Virus record (IMG/VR): IMGVR_UViG_3300027914_000334 | Location: 32,001-96,000 of that record | Length of the DNA: 64,000 bases | Strand: one strand, 5' to 3' | Source of the DNA: a virus | Taxonomy: Duplodnaviria > Caudoviricetes | In this document: positions 58,900 through 64,000 of the stretch, piece after piece | Numbering within the stretch: the first letter of the stretch is position 1 | Layout: every line of letters starts with the position of its first letter | Notes under the pieces: generated by a model | The model's input: only the letters and a program-made list of their open reading frames with translations | Databases searched by the model: none | What the model was told of the DNA's origin: nothing | Program-made: the position numbers and the translations under genes

Positions 58900-59259
58900 T
58901 TACTTGCTGAAGAATTGATAATACATCTTCAACTGTTCAAAAAGAGTCGGCATTACCAGATAGAAACCGGAAGATGCCCATAATCCATTATCTTTCTTTT
59001 CGATACATGGGTAATAAACTCTTTTTGGTGTAAGCCAGAATTTCTTATGGTAACATTTCCCATCTTTACATCCATCATATACATCAGATACTTCTCGTAA
59101 AAGTGGAAAATTAACATCATCGAAATCTTCAACAGTGTTACATAACATTCTAACCTTCTTGCGAAGTTTCCTGTTAGACTTCTGTTTAAAGTATCTCTCA
59201 GATTGTCCGTTAGTAAATCCAGAAATCATAGAACGACGATAAGAACGACTCATATACAA
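58900..59259 (-). CDS. hypothetical protein (MSRSYR family)
   Basis: GGAGG RBS; K...NRK.R..VR. Confidence 0.6.
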   Translation of the reverse strand: MYMSRSYRRSMISGFTNGQSERYFKQKSNRKLRKKVRMLCNTVEDFDDVNFPLLREVSDVYDGCKDGKCYHKKFWLTPKRVYYPCIEKKDNGLWASSGFYLVMPTLFEQLKMYYQFFSK

Positions 59260-59337
59260 CCTCCAAATTATGTTAATAATTTAGAGGCTATCAAATTCTT
59301 TCTTCATTAGAATCTTTCCTTTCTATAATATGGACAG

Positions 59338-59478
59338 CGGGTGATGCGAGTCTCGAACTCGCTACCTCGGCAGTTACAGTGCCGTGTTATAGCCCAAGTT
59401 GAAACAACAGACTATTCTGGTTACTCAAGAATCGATATCCTAAGTAATCAACTTAGTTATTTCTATTCTATTTCACCC
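59338..59478 (-). ncRNA. tRNA-like RNA with GTA anticodon and a large structured D-arm insertion
   Basis: intact anticodon arm, T arm and acceptor 3' strand; the matching 5' strand GGGTGA lies ~70 nt further upstream than normal. Confidence 0.55.
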
Positions 59479-59527
59479 ACGTTAGTTGCTCTCACCTGAT
59501 TAGGGCTACCATCACTAACGGTTACGG

Positions 59528-59600
59528 AGGGGAATATAGGATTCGAACCTATAACCTATCGGTTAACAGCCGATTGCACGAACCATTGTGCTAATTCCCC
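59528..59600 (-). tRNA. tRNA-Asn(GTT) #2
   Basis: ATCGG-CT GTT AA-CCGAT; same acceptor and T stems as #1. Confidence 0.85.
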
Positions 59601-59885
59601 ATACGCTGAGACAGGAATATAACCTGTATAACTCCACTACCCAGCGATTAAATAACTATACAACACTTACTTACCAAAGTCAAACCATCCAAGAACGACA
59701 TTTGCACCAGAAAATAATCCAATGGCATAAATTGCTTCTGCTTTGTATGGAGCTTCGAAATCACACGAAGCAAGTCTGTAAATTCCAAGTCCATAACCGA
59801 TAGGTGCGATGATGGAAAACAGAATCATAACCAGACTTATAAGAAGTTATATAATCGTATAACCTTTTCGTTTAATATTACATCC

Positions 59886-60635
59886 TTAAGTTAAGTATTT
59901 TATGTTATATCTTGAAACTCTTTGTTGGGTTATGCCCAATTTTGACGCTATATATTGTTGTGACTTACCATTATCAAGATAATGTTTTATCTTTGGAACT
60001 AATACTAAAACTATAAAACATTCTCGACAATAACCATCCGAATTTAACTCTGTGCTATTTGATTTGCATCCATTTAATACTTTCCTGTTAGATTTACAAC
60101 CTTTACATTTTTGATTGTAGTTTTTAGTTTTTCTATTATGTAAGAAATTACCAGACCATTTTCTAATATCTTTATATTCTTCTTTCATATGACAATTATG
60201 ACACAACGAAATTAAATTATCTATATGATGAGTATATGATATTCTATATGGGATTAGATGATGAACATCTGGTTTGTATGTCGGATCATTTAAAGTTATA
60301 GGAGACATCCCACAAAGTTGACATGTATACTTATCCCGCTCCAAAGCTAACTTCCTTTGTTTTTTCCACGAAAGACCACAATTATCACATCCATATCTAC
60401 CATATTTCCAATAACGAAAACCACCCTTCCAGTTTGGGTTTAATTTTCCTTTTCCAATACATGATCTACATATTGTACTTTTTCCAAACTTTGACCTATG
60501 ATATAATCTGCCACATATTAAGCATCTTATTTCCACTCTTGAATTTTTATAGCGATTTTTACTATAACATTTACTAGAGCAAAAATTTTTATATGACGAT
60601 TTTTCATATTCGCAGTTACATAGTGAACAAATCAT
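59886..60635 (-). CDS. HNH endonuclease with zinc ribbons
   Basis: FCS..C, NPNWKGG, RD.YTCQLCG, DVHH, NLISLC.NCH; C-terminal HTH. Confidence 0.88.
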   Translation of the reverse strand: MICSLCNCEYEKSSYKNFCSSKCYSKNRYKNSRVEIRCLICGRLYHRSKFGKSTICRSCIGKGKLNPNWKGGFRYWKYGRYGCDNCGLSWKKQRKLALERDKYTCQLCGMSPITLNDPTYKPDVHHLIPYRISYTHHIDNLISLCHNCHMKEEYKDIRKWSGNFLHNRKTKNYNQKCKGCKSNRKVLNGCKSNSTELNSDGYCRECFIVLVLVPKIKHYLDNGKSQQYIASKLGITQQRVSRYNIKYLT

Positions 60636-60663
60636 TATAGATTCCAATATATTTGTTTTCAAA

Positions 60664-60736
60664 TTCTTCCGTGGGGAATCGAACCCCAAACCTTTTGTAT
60701 GTAAAACAAATGCTCTGCCAATTGAGCTACGGAAGA
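60664..60736 (-). tRNA. tRNA-Val(TAC)
   Basis: TTTGT-TT TAC AT-ACAAA; acceptor TCTTCCG/CGGAAGA. Confidence 0.85.
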
Positions 60737-60774
60737 GTGTAAAGGTTATGCTCTGCCAACTGAGCTAATCGCCC
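60737..60774 (-). pseudogene. orphan 5' half of a tRNA-Val(TAC)
   Basis: GGGCGATTAGCTCAGTTGGCAGAGCATAACCTTTACAC ends at the anticodon loop, abutting the intact tRNA-Val. Confidence 0.75.
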
Positions 60775-60827
60775 TAGTATGTATTAAACGGTAAGGTTTA
60801 ATACATACGACAAGTGGAACGTGGAGT

Positions 60828-61106
60828 TCAACTAACTTCTAAACATTTTATTTTAACATCACTTGGCTCAAAAGAAAATTCTTTTGAGATGGAATACACA
60901 TTTTGTTTATCTTCACATATCCAATTCCACCATTTTTCTAATCCCATTCTGTTTTTAGCTTCTTCTTTAACTCCAGATACAATTATATTCTCAAAGTGGT
61001 TGCCATCTGTAGCTGGATTTACAGCACCGATAATACCATTTGACTTGTTAATGTAAGAAATTATCTTATCTTGCTTCTCATCATATAATACATATAATTT
61101 AATCAT
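60828..61106 (-). CDS. hypothetical protein
   Basis: GGAGG RBS. Confidence 0.6.
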   Translation of the reverse strand: MIKLYVLYDEKQDKIISYINKSNGIIGAVNPATDGNHFENIIVSGVKEEAKNRMGLEKWWNWICEDKQNVYSISKEFSFEPSDVKIKCLEVS

Positions 61107-61137
61107 ATATCCTCCAAATTATTTTATTGTATACCAT

Positions 61138-61211
61138 TCCGGGCGGGTGGAATCGAACCACCGACCTTGGCGTTATAAGCACCCTGCTCGTAACCACTGA
61201 GCTACGCCCGG
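61138..61211 (-). tRNA. tRNA-Ile(TAT)
   Basis: loop CT TAT AA; canonical D and T arms. Confidence 0.85.
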
Positions 61212-61219
61212 TTAAACAA

Positions 61220-61303
61220 TGCCGAAGGAGGGAATCGAACCCTCACGCCTTGTCAGGCCCAAGATTTTAAGTCTCGTTCGTCTGCCAATTCCGACACTCC
61301 GGC
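61220..61303 (-). tRNA. tRNA-Leu(TAA)
   Basis: CGAGA-CT TAA AA-TCTTG; long variable arm. Confidence 0.9.
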
Positions 61304-61621
61304 ATTTAATTAATTAGTTTTACTTCTGGATTCACTTTTCAAAGACGTTTCAACGCTTCAACGCTTGATTACTCTTTTATAGTAACATGGACGCTACAAA
61401 CTGTCAATTATCTTTGTTTTGATAATACTATCAATTATTTGATAATATTCAGGATCATTAATGTGATTTCCCCTGAACCAGTCCAAGTAAATATAATGGC
61501 CAAAATGCCGTAATTATTATACATTCCTGAACCGAAGTATTCATCCCATGTCTTACAATATACGCCATTGCCGCTATACCTACAAAGAAACCAATACCAA
61601 TATAATAAGCAATAAACTCTT

Positions 61622-62167
61622 TCATTTCATTTCCTTCATAATATACTTGAATAAAGTAATACCTGTTCTTATGAAAGTTCCTACCAGATGTGCAAGTGTT
61701 GCATCTGTTACCATTTCTTCAATTCTAGTAGGTTCTTTCTTTACTTCATTCTTAATTGCAAACCCATCCTTAACGGTAAATCCTGTTGCTTTGACTGTCG
61801 GAGTTACAATACTTGGTTTAATTGTCTTAACATCTGGAAGTGGAGTATTGTTATTAACCGGAGTTGATTTCTTACGATACTTCTTCCCGAAACAATCCTT
61901 GCAGATATACATAAGCTTGTCTGAAGTTGCTACGTTTTTATAGTAATTGTGATATGGCTGTAAAGACTTGCAACAATGACATACCTTTCCTTCTTTTACC
62001 CTTGCAACCTTAACCTTCTTAGCCATGGCTTTTGTACTTGCAATTCTATGACATTCATTACATATAGTCTGATATCCGTCTTTAGTTTTGGCGTGAGTTC
62101 CGAAATGATCTACAGTCTTCATATCTTGGCATCTTTTACATCTTTTACTAAGTGTGGCGTAATTCAC
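61622..62167 (-). CDS. tandem zinc-finger protein
   Basis: two K.C..C...K....F.....DG....C..C repeats. Confidence 0.65.
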   Translation of the reverse strand: MNYATLSKRCKRCQDMKTVDHFGTHAKTKDGYQTICNECHRIASTKAMAKKVKVARVKEGKVCHCCKSLQPYHNYYKNVATSDKLMYICKDCFGKKYRKKSTPVNNNTPLPDVKTIKPSIVTPTVKATGFTVKDGFAIKNEVKKEPTRIEEMVTDATLAHLVGTFIRTGITLFKYIMKEMK

Positions 62168-63468
62168 GCTGCTTCCTCCTGATCGACATATTCCGCATCT
62201 GACTTCTGTTCATCTTCCAGACCAAGGAATGTGAAGGATTTGTACTTCAGAATGTTGCAAATAGGATAACCATCCCAGCGGATACAAACACCTTCTTCCA
62301 CATGTCTTGAATCGAGAACCGAAGGCTTTTCAAGAAGGGCTGTTAGTTTAGCTGTAAGCTTTTCCAAATCTCCATCATATACAAAAGGATCAATCAGGAG
62401 AGGTACTACTTTAAGCCCAAGTTGTTCACAACGCTTGCACATCTGAGGATAGGAAAGATCAACAGCAATCCCATCTTCATTAACAGTAGTAATGCGGTAG
62501 ATATACATGGAACACTCTGATTTTTCGTTACCATAAGAGAATTCCATCGTCTTACCGAAAATCTTCTGTTGTTCCTTATCCTTTACAGGCATAGAACCCA
62601 TGATGGGAGAACCTGAAGTTATATATCCTACGATTTCTCCATAGATAACTTCATTCTTGTTAAGAAGACCTTTAAGCGGATCGGTCATCTTAAACCGGAA
62701 TCCATCGTTACCATAGTAACCATCCGTTCCACCATTCTTTTCAAGAACAACATTACGAGAACCATTAAGGTATTTGTACTCTTTCTTTTCGGTTGCGAAG
62801 AAAGGATAAATCTTGTTAAGTAGGCGTTTAACAAGAGGAAGTTTGATTTCTTCTGTATCCATTACATATCCTGTACGGTGACTGGTCCCGTGGAGCTTGG
62901 CAGTTACATACAGAACTGCTCCGGTAGGAATCGATCTACCTTCTCGTTTGAACTGTCCTGTTTCGAGATGCTTTGCGAAACACTTGTTCTGTTTTACAGG
63001 TTTTGTACTTCTGTTTCCAATAGCTTTAAGGGTTGCAGGAGTGAGATACTTTCTGCAAATCTCGATACCGTTTACGGAAGTAATTTCATCACCTTCTTTG
63101 AACTCAGCGACACATACACCGGTAAATGCAAGACATGTAATTGGCATCCAAAAGCCTTCGGACTTCTCGCCACGGAGTTTCTGACACTTTACTTTTCTGG
63201 AATTGCCGAAGTATCCACCGGCTTTAACCTCGATGGTCTTTGTAGGATCGTTCGGATCGGGCTTTACTTCGGTTCGGCTGATAAGATCATGTTCCTTGAC
63301 AAATGCTTCGGAAAGCTGACCATCTACAGCGAAGAAAACCCCCATTGTCATATCAGGAGTATCCTTTGAAATTACAACCTGATAAGGCCCACACTGTCCA
63401 ATTGCAAGTTTATCTGCGTTTGGATGAGGACGAACTTTGATTCGTGTTACAAGACCGCTATAGCTCAT
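62164..63468 (-). CDS. RNA ligase (Rnl2/DRB0094-like) with N-terminal OB domain
   Basis: HPNADKL, KLRG..SEG, KLHGTS, GSRN, YGEIVG, EGVC.R, K.KS..F. Confidence 0.88.
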   Translation of the reverse strand: MSYSGLVTRIKVRPHPNADKLAIGQCGPYQVVISKDTPDMTMGVFFAVDGQLSEAFVKEHDLISRTEVKPDPNDPTKTIEVKAGGYFGNSRKVKCQKLRGEKSEGFWMPITCLAFTGVCVAEFKEGDEITSVNGIEICRKYLTPATLKAIGNRSTKPVKQNKCFAKHLETGQFKREGRSIPTGAVLYVTAKLHGTSHRTGYVMDTEEIKLPLVKRLLNKIYPFFATEKKEYKYLNGSRNVVLEKNGGTDGYYGNDGFRFKMTDPLKGLLNKNEVIYGEIVGYITSGSPIMGSMPVKDKEQQKIFGKTMEFSYGNEKSECSMYIYRITTVNEDGIAVDLSYPQMCKRCEQLGLKVVPLLIDPFVYDGDLEKLTAKLTALLEKPSVLDSRHVEEGVCIRWDGYPICNILKYKSFTFLGLEDEQKSDAEYVDQEEAA

Positions 63469-63484
63469 AGTATTACTCCTATTA

Positions 63485-63937
63485 TTACGTCCAAAGATTA
63501 AGTCTAATTTTTATAAGTCTATGAAGTTGTTTTTGATCTTTGTTTGTTAAAAATGTTTCCAGTTTATGTAATTTTAATACACCTTTCTTTCCTTCCTTTG
63601 AAATTATTTTATCAAGACTCAGTTTCTTCCTGAAAGGATATTGGATATGAAGCAATCTATTATAATGCTTTTGCGCCGCAGGACGGCCTATCTTCCACCA
63701 ATAATATAATGATCTAAATTCATTTCTTACATGTGCATGTTCTTTGCAATAATCCCAATTAACTACATCTTCTGGTTTCTCTTTCTCTATGAAGTCAACA
63801 AGGATTTGAAAGTTAGCATGTAACAATAATTCAACTGGATCGTGATAATCCTTTGAAAGAGAACGAATCATGAGTCTGTATCGTTCTTTTGAAATAGAAT
63901 ACCTTTTCATCTCATTGTTCTCCTTGCAATAGTACAT
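63485..63937 (-). CDS. hypothetical protein
   Basis: LL.A.F.ILVDFIE.E...LY.WW...LI..R..LWT phage-type ORF. Confidence 0.6.
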   Translation of the reverse strand: MYYCKENNEMKRYSISKERYRLMIRSLSKDYHDPVELLLHANFQILVDFIEKEKPEDVVNWDYCKEHAHVRNEFRSLYYWWKIGRPAAQKHYNRLLHIQYPFRKKLSLDKIISKEGKKGVLKLHKLETFLTNKDQKQLHRLIKIRLNLWT

Positions 63938-64000
63938 AGGATATCAAGAGTTTCCAATATTGCTTTCGTCCTTTTAGCCATTGCCCAAAGACGATACTCT

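Noticed and set aside
1-64000. Stop-codon reassignment
   Set aside because: Core genes are full length in the standard code, no suppressor tRNA was found, and the split genes are explained otherwise.

Overview
Part of a large, AT-rich tailed (Caudoviricetes, T4-like head module) phage genome, probably infecting an anaerobe (NrdD/NrdG). 1-13.9 kb (-): head module. It contains a terminase split by a natural trans-splicing intein with an HNH-AP2 endonuclease between the halves, portal, prohead protease/scaffold and major capsid protein, interleaved with pyruvyltransferase, GT9-like glycosyltransferase and methyltransferase genes. 13.9-27.2 kb (+): nucleotide metabolism (dNMP kinase-like, ThyX, intein-containing NrdD, NrdG, dUTPase), a DNA MTase and rIIA/rIIB. 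27.3-35.4 kb (+): small, partly paralogous ORFs, plus what looks like a captured toxin-less fragment of a toxin-antitoxin-chaperone (SecB-like) system. 35.4-36.9 kb: repeat-rich non-coding region ending in a consensus sigma-54 promoter. 36.9-47.8 kb (+): probable early/host-takeover region in which 13 intergenic gaps carry a covarying double-hairpin element; it includes a DUF3150-like/MoxR AAA/VWA triad. 47.8-64 kb (-): replication/recombination genes (5'-3' exonuclease, ligase, split SbcC plus SbcD, RuvC-like, RecA), a tRNA cluster with atypical and broken tRNAs and an HNH endonuclease, and an RNA ligase. All functional calls come from motif recognition by eye; no database search was run.
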